A model generated the notes under the pieces. The model worked only from the letters and a program-made list of their open reading frames with translations. It was not told the DNA's origin and searched no databases. This document shows, piece by piece, positions 43,514-53,003 of a stretch of DNA of 64,000 bases (positions within the stretch are counted from its first letter, which is position 1; the number at the start of each line of letters is the position of its first letter). The stretch comes from Bdellovibrio sp. (lineage in GTDB: Bacteria; Bdellovibrionota; Bdellovibrionia; Bdellovibrionales; Bdellovibrionaceae), in the NCBI GenBank assembly GCA_036677065.1, contig JAKFBS010000001.1, positions 192,001 through 256,000 of the forward strand, written 5' to 3'. The translations under genes were made by a program, and so were the position numbers.

Positions 43514-45967
43514 TTACCCTTGGTGACTAGCAACAAGAACTGCACGTGGCTTACTGCCGTTAGCAGGGCCAACAACACCTTCACGTTCGAAAACTTCGAT
43601 CATGCGAGCTGCGCGTGGGTAACCTAATTTGAAGCGACGTTGAATCAACGAAGCAGAGATCGCTTTTTGCGTGGCTGCCCATGATAAAATTTCGTCATAC
43701 TTTTCATCGTACTCTTCATCCATGTCGGCACCGGCGAATTCAGCGCCTTCACCGTTCATGCCCGCGAAGCTTGATTGGCTTGGTCCGCCTTCAAGAGCCC
43801 GCATCGCTAATTGGTCAAATTCAGGTTCACCCTGATCAGCCCAGAATTTTGCAACCGCATTGATTTCATTTTCTTTTAAGAAAGGACCGTGATGGCGAGT
43901 CGATTTATCAGCGCCTGCTGAATACAGCATATCACCTTGTGATAACAGACGTTCTGCTCCGCCTTCATCTAAGATAATTCTTGAATCCATTTTTGAAGCC
44001 ACACGAAAGCTGATACGGGCTGGAATATTTGTTTTAATTAAACCTGTGACAACGTCTTTACGCGGCGACTGCATCGCTAGCATTAAATGCATACCGCAGG
44101 CGCGTGCCATTTGCGCTAGGCGCACGACACTTTGTTCAACGTTTTGTTTATCAACGGCCATTAAATCACCGAATTCTTCAACGGCAATTACAATGTAAGG
44201 TTGTGGAGTGTAATAGTACTGTTCAAGTTTAAGTAAGCCACCTTGAGCTTCGTATTCAGCGTTTACTTTTTCGTGTTCAGCGACCTGATCTGCAGTTAAG
44301 GATTCCATCTTCGCATTGAACTCTTCAAGGTTGCGGGTCTTAAATTTTGACATCGATTTATAACGCTTATCCATTTCTTTAACACCCCAACGAAGTGCAA
44401 AAACGGCCTTCTTAGCTTCGCGAATCGGCGGCATGATTAAATGCGGGATATCAGCAAACGCCGCTAGATCAACTTGTTTAGGATCGACAAGGATCAAGCG
44501 TAAAGTTTTCGGAGAATGTCTGAATAAAAACCCGATGAGCGTAGATACAGTAAATACTGACTTACCAGAACCTGTCGTACCAGCGATTAATAAGTGAGGC
44601 ATCTTACGTAAATCCACAATGCGTGGATCACCGTTAGTTTGTTTTCCAAGAGCGATTGGAAGTTTAATATCTTCAGACCAGAATTTTTCATCACCCAATA
44701 GGTCTTTTAAGTACACTGTTTCACGTTGGGCATTCGAAGTTTCAATACCGACAACATCGCGCCCTGGAATAGGTGCAATAATACGTAGTGATTCAGCAGA
44801 AAGAGCTAATGATAAATCGTCAGCTAATTTAGAAACATCGCTTACACGCACATCAACATTAGGCTTAAATTCAAACATCGTAACAACCGGGCCGGGCTTA
44901 GCAGCTACGATTTGTCCGCCGACGCCGAAGGTTTTTAGTTTTTCTAAAGTGATATCTGCTTTTCGGCGAATTTCTTTTTCGTCGATTTTAATTCTTGATA
45001 CAGGAGGATCATCAAGCAGAGATAATTTCGGCATACTCCAGTTTTCTACACGGCGAGGAATTTTTACCGGAGCAATCACTTTGCGGCGCGCCGGAGGCTC
45101 ATACGCAGAGACTTGAACCTGCGAATCTGAGTCATCTTCGTCAGCACCATCAAAAATAGCGCTTTCATCATCTTCATCCGCATCGGCTGCGTTCATGCCA
45201 TTGACTGATTCGTCATCGATTTCTTCGTCTTCATCTTCTTCGATAAATTTTTCTTTTACTTTTGGTTGTGTAATTAAGTTCTCGGCAACCGAAGAAGCAG
45301 GTTGAACGGCTTTGGTTTCTTTTTTCTCTTTAGCAGTCTCTTTAGCTTTTTCTTTTGTTAAAGCTTTAAGAGTTGGCCACTGCCAATTAGCCATAAACGA
45401 TGTTTTATCAAGCTTGTTCCACCATTTAAATATTTTTTCTAAAGGACGTTCGGCGGCTTCTTGAATGCTGAATTCAAAATAAAATACGAATAACACTGAC
45501 GACATTGTCCATAAGATGACTTGGGCGCCGACAGAATTTAATAATTTTACAAAACCCATTGAAATGCCAAGGCCAACTAATCCACCCGGATAAATCTGAC
45601 CGTTAAACATTTTCGTGTTCGGAAAATAAATTGTAACTAAAGCTGCAGTGAAGGCGATAAGCGCTACAGCCAGTAAATGACGTGCGTCTTTGAACTGAAT
45701 TTTTTCTCCGCGAAAACTTTCAATAGCTGCATGAAAAAACCCTGCAACACCCACCCAGACGGTTACTCCGAAGGCTTGATATAGAAGGTCAGCTAGAAAG
45801 CTGCCGAGGATTCCACAGTAATTAAGGGTATTAAGGCCCTGACCTGTAGAGTTAAATGAAGGATCTTTTGAGTTATAGCTCATTAATGCTAAGGCTAAAA
45901 ATAACCCTAAGCCTAAAAAACCAATGGCGCGCACATCTTGTTGGAATCTCTTGAAGAATGAATTCAT
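43514..45967 (-). CDS. ftsK: DNA translocase FtsK
   Basis: N-terminal TMs, PHLLIAGTTGSGKS, gamma domain QRRFKLGYPRAARMIE; start placed at MNSFFK. Confidence 0.97.
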   Translation of the reverse strand: MNSFFKRFQQDVRAIGFLGLGLFLALALMSYNSKDPSFNSTGQGLNTLNYCGILGSFLADLLYQAFGVTVWVGVAGFFHAAIESFRGEKIQFKDARHLLAVALIAFTAALVTIYFPNTKMFNGQIYPGGLVGLGISMGFVKLLNSVGAQVILWTMSSVLFVFYFEFSIQEAAERPLEKIFKWWNKLDKTSFMANWQWPTLKALTKEKAKETAKEKKETKAVQPASSVAENLITQPKVKEKFIEEDEDEEIDDESVNGMNAADADEDDESAIFDGADEDDSDSQVQVSAYEPPARRKVIAPVKIPRRVENWSMPKLSLLDDPPVSRIKIDEKEIRRKADITLEKLKTFGVGGQIVAAKPGPVVTMFEFKPNVDVRVSDVSKLADDLSLALSAESLRIIAPIPGRDVVGIETSNAQRETVYLKDLLGDEKFWSEDIKLPIALGKQTNGDPRIVDLRKMPHLLIAGTTGSGKSVFTVSTLIGFLFRHSPKTLRLILVDPKQVDLAAFADIPHLIMPPIREAKKAVFALRWGVKEMDKRYKSMSKFKTRNLEEFNAKMESLTADQVAEHEKVNAEYEAQGGLLKLEQYYYTPQPYIVIAVEEFGDLMAVDKQNVEQSVVRLAQMARACGMHLMLAMQSPRKDVVTGLIKTNIPARISFRVASKMDSRIILDEGGAERLLSQGDMLYSAGADKSTRHHGPFLKENEINAVAKFWADQGEPEFDQLAMRALEGGPSQSSFAGMNGEGAEFAGADMDEEYDEKYDEILSWAATQKAISASLIQRRFKLGYPRAARMIEVFEREGVVGPANGSKPRAVLVASHQG

Positions 45968-46090
45968 AGTGCTTTCAGTGTAAATTCTATAAAGACTTGC
46001 CGCAAAGCCCCTGAAGTCTAGTCTTGTACAATCGTTTATAGCTAGTGCTTGAGGGCTATCCAAAAGGCTGGTAGGTAGTATGTTCTTTTT

Positions 46091-46732
46091 ATGCAATTAA
46101 AGATCAATGAAATATTTTATTCCATTCAAGGGGAAACCAGCTATGCCGGTCTTCCTACGGTATTCATCCGAACTACGGGTTGTAACCTTCGTTGTACGTA
46201 TTGCGACACGAAGTACTCGTATTATGAGGGCGAATATATGTCGTTTGAAAAAATTTTAGAGATCGTCAAGGGTTACGGCGCCGAATATATATGTCTAACT
46301 GGCGGAGAACCGTTGTTGCAGAAAGATATCCACAAACTAATCCACATTTTGTGTGATGCGGGATACAAAGTTTCACTAGAAACCAGTGGCTCAAAATCAA
46401 TTAAAGACGTCGACCCGCGTGTTAAGGTTATTTTAGATGTAAAGACTCCACAGTCAGGTGCAGCCAATAGTTTTTTATTGGAAAACGTTAATTTCTCGAA
46501 TGAAACCACAGAGTATAAATTTGTAATTTCTGGCGAACAAGATCTCGACTGGTCAGAAAATTTTTGCCGTCAACATGATTTATCAAAAAAATTTACAGTG
46601 CTTTTTAGCCCTTCCCACGGCCAAGTTAGCGAACAGTGGTTGGCTGAACAAATTTTGCAAAAAAAGTTAAAAGTAAGGTTGCATTTGCAGCAACATAAGT
46701 ATATTTGGTTACCCACAACTCGCGGTGTTTAG
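46091..46732 (+). CDS. queE: 7-carboxy-7-deazaguanine synthase (radical SAM)
   Basis: EIFYSIQGE, CNLRCTYCDT, TGGEP, QQHK. Confidence 0.9.
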   Translation: MQLKINEIFYSIQGETSYAGLPTVFIRTTGCNLRCTYCDTKYSYYEGEYMSFEKILEIVKGYGAEYICLTGGEPLLQKDIHKLIHILCDAGYKVSLETSGSKSIKDVDPRVKVILDVKTPQSGAANSFLLENVNFSNETTEYKFVISGEQDLDWSENFCRQHDLSKKFTVLFSPSHGQVSEQWLAEQILQKKLKVRLHLQQHKYIWLPTTRGV

Positions 46733-46837
46733 AAAAACACCATTAATTTAAAACCTACGGTACTGTTACCTATATGTAAGGTGCATATAGCTGAGAGTGC
46801 TGTTACCAAACCGAACCACTATGTAAGAGGGAGTTCC

Positions 46838-47200
46838 ATGACGCCAAATCTGAACAATTCAGAAAACCTTTTTGTCGCAAACCTACAACAAGTTTCTTTA
46901 GAAAAACTTGTGAAAAGCAAATTGGAAGTATTATTCCAACAACAAAAAGAAGCTCAAGTTGAGTTAAACGGTTTATACAATATCGTTTTAGAACAAGTTG
47001 AACGTCCTCTAATCGAACTAGCTCTTAAAGCTTACAACGGTAACCAAGTTAAGACTGCTTTAATGTTAGGTATCAACCGTAACACTCTTAAAAAGAAAAT
47101 CGACAACTACAAATTGAAACCTAAAAAAGGTGCTGCTGCACAAATCACTGGTATGGTAGTTCCACAAACTATCGAAACTTCTCCAGTTCTTACTCAGTAA
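46838..47200 (+). CDS. fis: Fis family nucleoid/HTH protein
   Basis: [13 protein letters not shown]...[29 protein letters not shown]. Confidence 0.9.
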   Translation: MTPNLNNSENLFVANLQQVSLEKLVKSKLEVLFQQQKEAQVELNGLYNIVLEQVERPLIELALKAYNGNQVKTALMLGINRNTLKKKIDNYKLKPKKGAAAQITGMVVPQTIETSPVLTQ

Positions 47201-47342
47201 TTATTCTGTAAATTAGTTTAGTAAATAATTACTGAACTAATTTAAATTCAAATTTAAATTTGATACGAAACATTAGACATCGACAGACCATAAGTCCTCG
47301 GTGTCTAATAGTTTTAGGCTCTTTAAGAGGGGATAATTAAAG

Positions 47343-48797
47343 ATGCAAATGGATCGCAATACACGAAAATCAGATCAACCGATAAATAAAATTCCACCTC
47401 AACATCTTGAGGCTGAATTTTCTGTATTAGGTGGCTTGATGTTAGATAGCGAAGCTTTCGACGAAGTTGCTGATGTCATTACATACTCTGATTTCTATAA
47501 TCCCGCTCATCAAACGATTTACCAGACAATTTTAGATCTTCATCAAAAGGCACAACCGATCGATCTTGTGACTGTGACTAATGCGTTAGTTGCAAAAAAC
47601 TTGTTAGAACAAATCGGCGGCGCAGCTTACTTACTTAGTCTTTTAGAAAAAGTAATGTCAGCGGCAAACATTGAGGCCCATGCTAAAATTATTAAAGAAA
47701 AAGCGTTATTGCGTAAATTAATCCACACTTCGACGAACTTTATCGAAAAGTCTTTCGGTAATGATTTTGATTCAGTTGAATCGTTAATCGATTATGCTGA
47801 ATCTGAAATTTTAAAAGTCGGTGAACAAAATGCTTCGGGTGGCTTAACTAGCCCGAACGAAATCGTTACAGCTTCGATCAAAAAAATCGAAGAGCTTTAT
47901 CAACGTAAAGCTGAAGTTACAGGTATTCCAACTGGCTTCACTGAAATGGATAAAATGACAGCCGGCTTTCATCCCGGCGAGTTAATTATCATTGCCGCTC
48001 GTCCGTCTATGGGTAAAACAGCGTTCTCTCTGAATGTTGCCAGCCACATGGCTTTACGCGCCGGTAAGTCTGTAGCTTACTTCTCTGTCGAGATGGGTAA
48101 AGAATCATTAATGATGCGTCTTCTTGCCGGTGAATCTCGTATTTCTATGAGTGAGTTACGTAATGGTCGTATTCAAGATGCGTCTTGGCCAAAACTAATC
48201 CAAGCCGCTGGTACTTTAAGTGAATCTAAAATGTTTATTGATGATACTTCAGGGATCTCACCATTCGAGATTCGTGCAAGATGTCGTCGTTTAAAAGCGC
48301 AACACGGTTTAGACTGTATCATGATCGATTACATGCAGATCATGCAGTTAAAAGAGAAAAAAGTAGATAACCGCGAGCGTGAGATTTCTGAAATTTCTCG
48401 TAATTTAAAATCAATCGCGAAAGAGCTTCAGGTTCCGGTTATTGCGTTAGCTCAGTTAAATCGTGGTGTTGAGGGCCGTGCCGATCGTCGTCCAATGTTA
48501 TCAGATCTTCGTGAGTCTGGATCGATCGAGCAAGATGCCGATGTGATCATGATGTTATATCGTGATGACTACTATGAAAAAGATGATCCAGAAAAAGCAG
48601 GTCATGCAGAAGTTATTATTGGTAAACAGCGTAATGGTGCCACAGGTACTGTAAAGCTTCGCTTTGATGCGAAAACCAATAGATTCCGTGATGCAGATCC
48701 TGAATCAATTTCACCACTTCCGCCACCGCAGGCTCCGCCTCCGATGCCAGGACAGTTTGGTAAACCTAAAAACTTTGCACCAGGTGCAGGTAGATAA
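47343..48797 (+). CDS. dnaB: Replicative DNA helicase
   Basis: AARPSMGKT, DLRESGSIEQDAD, KQRNG. Confidence 0.98.
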   Translation: MQMDRNTRKSDQPINKIPPQHLEAEFSVLGGLMLDSEAFDEVADVITYSDFYNPAHQTIYQTILDLHQKAQPIDLVTVTNALVAKNLLEQIGGAAYLLSLLEKVMSAANIEAHAKIIKEKALLRKLIHTSTNFIEKSFGNDFDSVESLIDYAESEILKVGEQNASGGLTSPNEIVTASIKKIEELYQRKAEVTGIPTGFTEMDKMTAGFHPGELIIIAARPSMGKTAFSLNVASHMALRAGKSVAYFSVEMGKESLMMRLLAGESRISMSELRNGRIQDASWPKLIQAAGTLSESKMFIDDTSGISPFEIRARCRRLKAQHGLDCIMIDYMQIMQLKEKKVDNREREISEISRNLKSIAKELQVPVIALAQLNRGVEGRADRRPMLSDLRESGSIEQDADVIMMLYRDDYYEKDDPEKAGHAEVIIGKQRNGATGTVKLRFDAKTNRFRDADPESISPLPPPQAPPPMPGQFGKPKNFAPGAGR

Positions 48798-48805
48798 TTT
48801 AAATT

Positions 48806-49324
48806 TTAATTTGGTGAGTTAGCTGATTTTAATTGGCTAACTTGGCTTTCAGTTAATTCAGGTAAGAATTGTGCTGTTTCACGTAAGTTCGTGCAGCGAA
48901 TGTTAATTCTACCTTGTTTGTCTTGCACAATTGATCCGTCTGATTTGTAAACTGGTGCGAATTTGAAAGCCTGATAATACTCTTTGTCTTGGATTTCTTC
49001 TGACATAGCGAACCAGCTTTTGGCTTTGGGTAAATCACTTAAAAAAACTAAATGGCCGTGAATGGTGATTTGACCATTTGCCGCTGTAGTTTTACCGATA
49101 AATTTATGAGTGAATGTTGCTCCGCTGATATATGAAAAACTAATTCCTGGCGAGTTATCGTCTAAAACTACGCCGCCAACTTTAAGATTTGCTTTTGCTG
49201 TAGAACATTCAAGAGCTCCGCGCGACATCGCTGCGATGACTGCTGCTGTAGGCACTGCTTCTTGCTGTTGAGCGAAAGCTGTATTTGTGACTGCAAAAAC
49301 CAATGTTAAAATTAAGTGTCTCAT
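48806..49324 (-). CDS. Secreted hypothetical protein
   Basis: Signal peptide ending AFA, AGGAG SD. Confidence 0.7.
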   Translation of the reverse strand: MRHLILTLVFAVTNTAFAQQQEAVPTAAVIAAMSRGALECSTAKANLKVGGVVLDDNSPGISFSYISGATFTHKFIGKTTAANGQITIHGHLVFLSDLPKAKSWFAMSEEIQDKEYYQAFKFAPVYKSDGSIVQDKQGRINIRCTNLRETAQFLPELTESQVSQLKSANSPN

Positions 49325-49457
49325 TTTAAGACTCCTTTGTTCTCTAGTTTATTAACTTATTGAATTTGCAAGGTTTGCGCCTGTATAGACGAAGTAATGC
49401 GTTATAGCGCCCTGAAAGTTGTTTCAAAAATAGAAGGCGACAGTTTTTGTAAGCTAC

Positions 49458-50153
49458 TTACACTAGATGCAGAATTTTTTTGAAGTCTTGCGGTAATGGA
49501 GCTTCTACATTGGTTTGAACTTTAGTTATCGGGTGTGGAAAATTCAGTTGAAAAGCATGTAACATCAAGCGCGGGACTTCGCTGCTTTTACCGCCGTAAA
49601 TATTATCACCTAAAATTGAGCGATAACTTTCTTGCAGGTGTTGGCGAATCTGATGGGTGCGGCCGGTTTTAGGTGTGCACTGAATATAATGAAATAATGG
49701 CGTAGTGTTTAAAATTTTAAAATGCGTTTCAGCGGGCCAGCCGCCACTTTTGACTGAAATCATTCTGGTTTTTTTACCTAAGCCCTTAGCTGGTGCCATA
49801 AAATTTTTAATGACCCATTCACTTTGATCGGCTTGCAATTGTTCACACTGCACTTTTTTTCCGGCTGTTAAAGGATTAGGACGAGTTAAACAGTGGTAAA
49901 TTTTTTCAAAGCTATGCCCTTTAAACATTTCTGTTAATGGATAATTGGCGGCTTTGGCTTTGCTTAATAAAAACACGCCTGAAGTTTCGTAATCAAGGCG
50001 GTGATGCATAAACAGTTTGCCTTTAAGATCAGGGCGAATATCAACTAAGGATTCTAATACAGGTTTTCTGTCTTTATTAAACGAGGGCTGCGATAACATC
50101 ATCGCAGGCTTGTTTACACATATGATAAATTCGTCTTCAAATAAAATTTGCAT
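49458..50153 (-). CDS. RluA family pseudouridine synthase
   Basis: NKP, HRLDYETSG, TGRTHQIR, LMLHA. Confidence 0.93.
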   Translation of the reverse strand: MQILFEDEFIICVNKPAMMLSQPSFNKDRKPVLESLVDIRPDLKGKLFMHHRLDYETSGVFLLSKAKAANYPLTEMFKGHSFEKIYHCLTRPNPLTAGKKVQCEQLQADQSEWVIKNFMAPAKGLGKKTRMISVKSGGWPAETHFKILNTTPLFHYIQCTPKTGRTHQIRQHLQESYRSILGDNIYGGKSSEVPRLMLHAFQLNFPHPITKVQTNVEAPLPQDFKKILHLV

Positions 50154-50154
50154 G

Positions 50155-51747
50155 TTAGAAAAGATATTCGATACCCAATAGGTATGTCGATACTTTTTCA
50201 TCTAAAGAGCGCGAAGCCGGGGTCTTGGTTCCTGAACCCGAAAAGTTGGCTTGTACATTTGAAAAGCTGATTACGCCTTTAAAGTTGATATTTGTCGTGT
50301 ATTGAACTGTTCCTAAGACATCGAACTGATTAAACGACGGCGATGCGCTGCCTGAATTAACAGGCTTTTCGCTGAAGTTTTCAAAAAACAAAAATTTTGC
50401 CTGAGCACCAATAGCTACATCATTTTTAAGAGTGACCGGAAACATTCCGCCGACAGTTAAATCAACGCCTGTTAAATCAAAAGATGTAAATGCTGTAGGG
50501 GTTGTATCTGTCACGCGCACACTGTGAGTGTAATAACCAAGACTTGCCGAAATTTGTGGTCCCCAGAAATTACCATCAATTAAATATTTATAACCAAATG
50601 AGAGATCCATTATATTTAATGTGTAATTTAATGAGGTTGGTAATGAACCAGCTAAGTCATTGGCTGTTTTAAAACTGGATTGTTGTAATTCTAACTCTGC
50701 AAAATATTCAGGTGTAATCCAAAGTTCTGCCGCTAAATCAAAAGTTAAAGCTAAAGATTTTTCGGCCTCTAAGCTTGTGCCATTCGTTAAAACGGTATTA
50801 TCAGTAAAGTCAGTAAAACCACCCATTAAAGAAAGTTTTCCGTACTGCGGAGTCGGCGCAGGTAACCACTCGACTGCATTTTTTTCGTTTGGTAAAACTT
50901 CAGCTAAAGGTGCAGTGCCTTTAGGCGGATATTTTACGCCTTCTAATGGCAAGACTTTACTGCCGCGGTCAATCACGCCATTTTCTTTTTCAAACGAGAT
51001 TTCACCAAAGCTTGAATTGCTTTCAACCTGGGTTAATGCAACACGGCCGATAATCTCTTTTTCAACGCTGGTCATGAAATTAAGTTTTGGATGACGATTC
51101 ACTTTTAATATTTGCGCGATGGTTAAAACTGCACCATCAGTAAGACCAGCGTTTTTTCCGATATTTACTGTCACTGAATTACCGCTGCGGCTAGTGATGT
51201 ATCCGCTATAAGGAAGTTTAGCTTTAAGCGCTGCATACATTTTTGTAACGACTTCATTGACTTTGCTGATTTCAAAAAGCGTAGCGTTTTGATATTCTTC
51301 GCGAAGTAAAAGCTTTCCGCCATCACGAGTGTAAAGGTTCAACTGAATATTTAAACCTTGGGGACCTTTAATTAAAAAACATGTTAAGACAGCATCGGCC
51401 TGTGATTTCTCTAAGACTTGTAACGTCAGTTGCTGGTCTTCATCAAACTCATCAACACGAATATCTTTTTTTGGTGAACTAAAATCGGCTAACGCCCAAA
51501 AATAATCGTCTTTAATTAAAGATTTTAAATGCTCTTCGACTGATTTTTTATAAATGTTATTTGAATTATCATAAATTGGAGCCACGGTAACAGCTTTGAT
51601 CACCAAAGCTTGGTCAGACAAACTTGTGTATTTTGTTGGAAAAGGTGTTTTGTTTTTTAAACTGGTTGTTTGCGCCGATGCAGTTTGCGCAAAAGCAGTT
51701 AAACCAAAAACAAAAAAACACAAGGCTGTTAATCTAATGATGTTCAT
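50155..51747 (-). CDS. Outer-membrane protein with periplasmic N-domains and a C-terminal beta-barrel
   Basis: Signal peptide; V.VNIG..AGL..G motif (FlgT-like); C-terminal GIEYLF. Confidence 0.65.
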   Translation of the reverse strand: MNIIRLTALCFFVFGLTAFAQTASAQTTSLKNKTPFPTKYTSLSDQALVIKAVTVAPIYDNSNNIYKKSVEEHLKSLIKDDYFWALADFSSPKKDIRVDEFDEDQQLTLQVLEKSQADAVLTCFLIKGPQGLNIQLNLYTRDGGKLLLREEYQNATLFEISKVNEVVTKMYAALKAKLPYSGYITSRSGNSVTVNIGKNAGLTDGAVLTIAQILKVNRHPKLNFMTSVEKEIIGRVALTQVESNSSFGEISFEKENGVIDRGSKVLPLEGVKYPPKGTAPLAEVLPNEKNAVEWLPAPTPQYGKLSLMGGFTDFTDNTVLTNGTSLEAEKSLALTFDLAAELWITPEYFAELELQQSSFKTANDLAGSLPTSLNYTLNIMDLSFGYKYLIDGNFWGPQISASLGYYTHSVRVTDTTPTAFTSFDLTGVDLTVGGMFPVTLKNDVAIGAQAKFLFFENFSEKPVNSGSASPSFNQFDVLGTVQYTTNINFKGVISFSNVQANFSGSGTKTPASRSLDEKVSTYLLGIEYLF

Positions 51748-51877
51748 AGTTTTATTGTCTAACGAAAGGGGTTAGCTCGCAAGCCTAAGGCTGTGCTTTT
51801 GGCCAGCTTTTGCGAATTGTAGTTCGTCTTTGAAATATCATTCTATAAACTATAAATAGGACATCGAGGTAATCAAC

Positions 51878-52261
51878 ATGGATGAATTCAAATTTGTTCT
51901 TAAATGCTTTTTAATTTCTTGTATGATCGTGATCTTTTCACAGACACGAATTTCAGGAGAAACTTTAGAAAATAAAGCTTTTGTCTATTTACAGCACTCA
52001 GATACCGCTCACTGGGTGCGTGCAGCTGCAGATGGCGGCATTAAAATGATTCGCCAAGGGGCAGAGATAACTCAAAATTTTATCAGTGATAAATTTGGCA
52101 GTGGTACAAGCTCTAGCCATAGTCAACGAATGGCTCCAGCTCCGGCGGTTGTCAGCAATACGGGAATATTTCGTAAATTAGAAAAACAGGAAACCCAACA
52201 GCGGGGGGACACTGTTGAGTCTGAAAATTCTGAAGAAAATTTAGAAGAAGAACAGTACTAG
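51878..52261 (+). CDS. Hypothetical protein with an N-terminal membrane anchor
   Basis: GAGG SD, 127 aa ORF. Confidence 0.65.
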   Translation: MDEFKFVLKCFLISCMIVIFSQTRISGETLENKAFVYLQHSDTAHWVRAAADGGIKMIRQGAEITQNFISDKFGSGTSSSHSQRMAPAPAVVSNTGIFRKLEKQETQQRGDTVESENSEENLEEEQY

Positions 52262-52485
52262 TTAGCTGATCTACCTGGTTTTACTGAAGTTGTTCCAACA
52301 GAAGATTTTGCCAACATCTGAGCATAAAAGTTTGTGCTTTTATCATTACGACTAACTTGTTTAGTAAAGATTTTTCCGCAAGGTAAGACGATCGGGCTGT
52401 CTGAAGCTGATCCTGGCGTTGATAAAGCCATTGATAATGAAGTGAATAATAATCCTGCTGCTAGTGTGATAATTGCTTTTTTCAT
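52258..52485 (-). CDS. Small secreted protein downstream of hit
   Basis: MKKAIIT signal peptide, GAGG SD, sigma54 promoter. Confidence 0.7.
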   Translation of the reverse strand: MKKAIITLAAGLLFTSLSMALSTPGSASDSPIVLPCGKIFTKQVSRNDKSTNFYAQMLAKSSVGTTSVKPGRSAN

Positions 52486-52526
52486 TAGTACCTCGCTTTT
52501 ATAGAGTTCGTTATACATAGATACAT

Positions 52527-52542
52527 AGCGAACCGGGTGCCA
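52527..52542 (-). promoter_or_regulatory. Sigma54 (-24/-12) promoter
   Basis: Minus strand TGGCACCCGGTTCGCT with GG-N10-GC spacing. Confidence 0.65.
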
Positions 52543-52563
52543 AGAAGTGAGGTTTGAAGCAAT

Positions 52564-52590
52564 AAAAAATCCCCTGTGATTTCAGGGGAT
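52564..52590 (-). terminator. Terminator of the Tad-RHS-hit operon
   Basis: atcccctg/caggggat hairpin with a T run on the minus strand. Confidence 0.75.
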
Positions 52591-52656
52591 TAGCTAAGTG
52601 TCTCAGAGTGAGATCGTCTAATGTTTTGACAGGTGTTAAGCCTTAACTGAAATAAA

Positions 52657-52992
52657 CTAGTTTCCTGTATCAACACCATTGTTATTAGAGGGAGTGCCAG
52701 TTCCACCAGCTCCTGTTTGTTGGATAATTCCAGGAGAAGCTCTGCGTGTAGAAGAAGATAAAAGCACGTTTCCTGCTTTTTGGCAGTTCGTACATGTTTT
52801 AACTTGAGATGCACCGGCTCCTAGAACTGTAACGCCAGATTGGTTGGCTTCTTCCACTGCTTGGCCATCGCCGTTGGGTTCATCACCTACAGCCGCTGTG
52901 CGACCTTTTGGAAACTCATCAGCAGAAGCTTGAGTTGAGTAAGTAGTCACTGCGAACAAAACAATTAATAATAAAGAAATAATTTTTTTCAT
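52657..52992 (-). CDS. hit: Host-interaction (Hit/Bd0108-like) secreted disordered protein
   Basis: Signal peptide ending ASA-DE, CxxC (CTNC), G/T/S/N-rich; directly downstream of the YD-repeat gene as in the Bdellovibrio hit locus. Confidence 0.75.
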   Translation of the reverse strand: MKKIISLLLIVLFAVTTYSTQASADEFPKGRTAAVGDEPNGDGQAVEEANQSGVTVLGAGASQVKTCTNCQKAGNVLLSSSTRRASPGIIQQTGAGGTGTPSNNNGVDTGN

Positions 52993-53003
52993 CGCCATCG
53001 CTC

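Noticed and set aside
51809..51824. Sigma54-like TTGGCCAGCTTTTGCG
   Set aside because: The GG-GC spacing is 9 nt, not the required 10
52590..52814. 74-aa minus-strand ORF
   Set aside because: It is an alternative frame overlapping hit, with no SD or signal peptide
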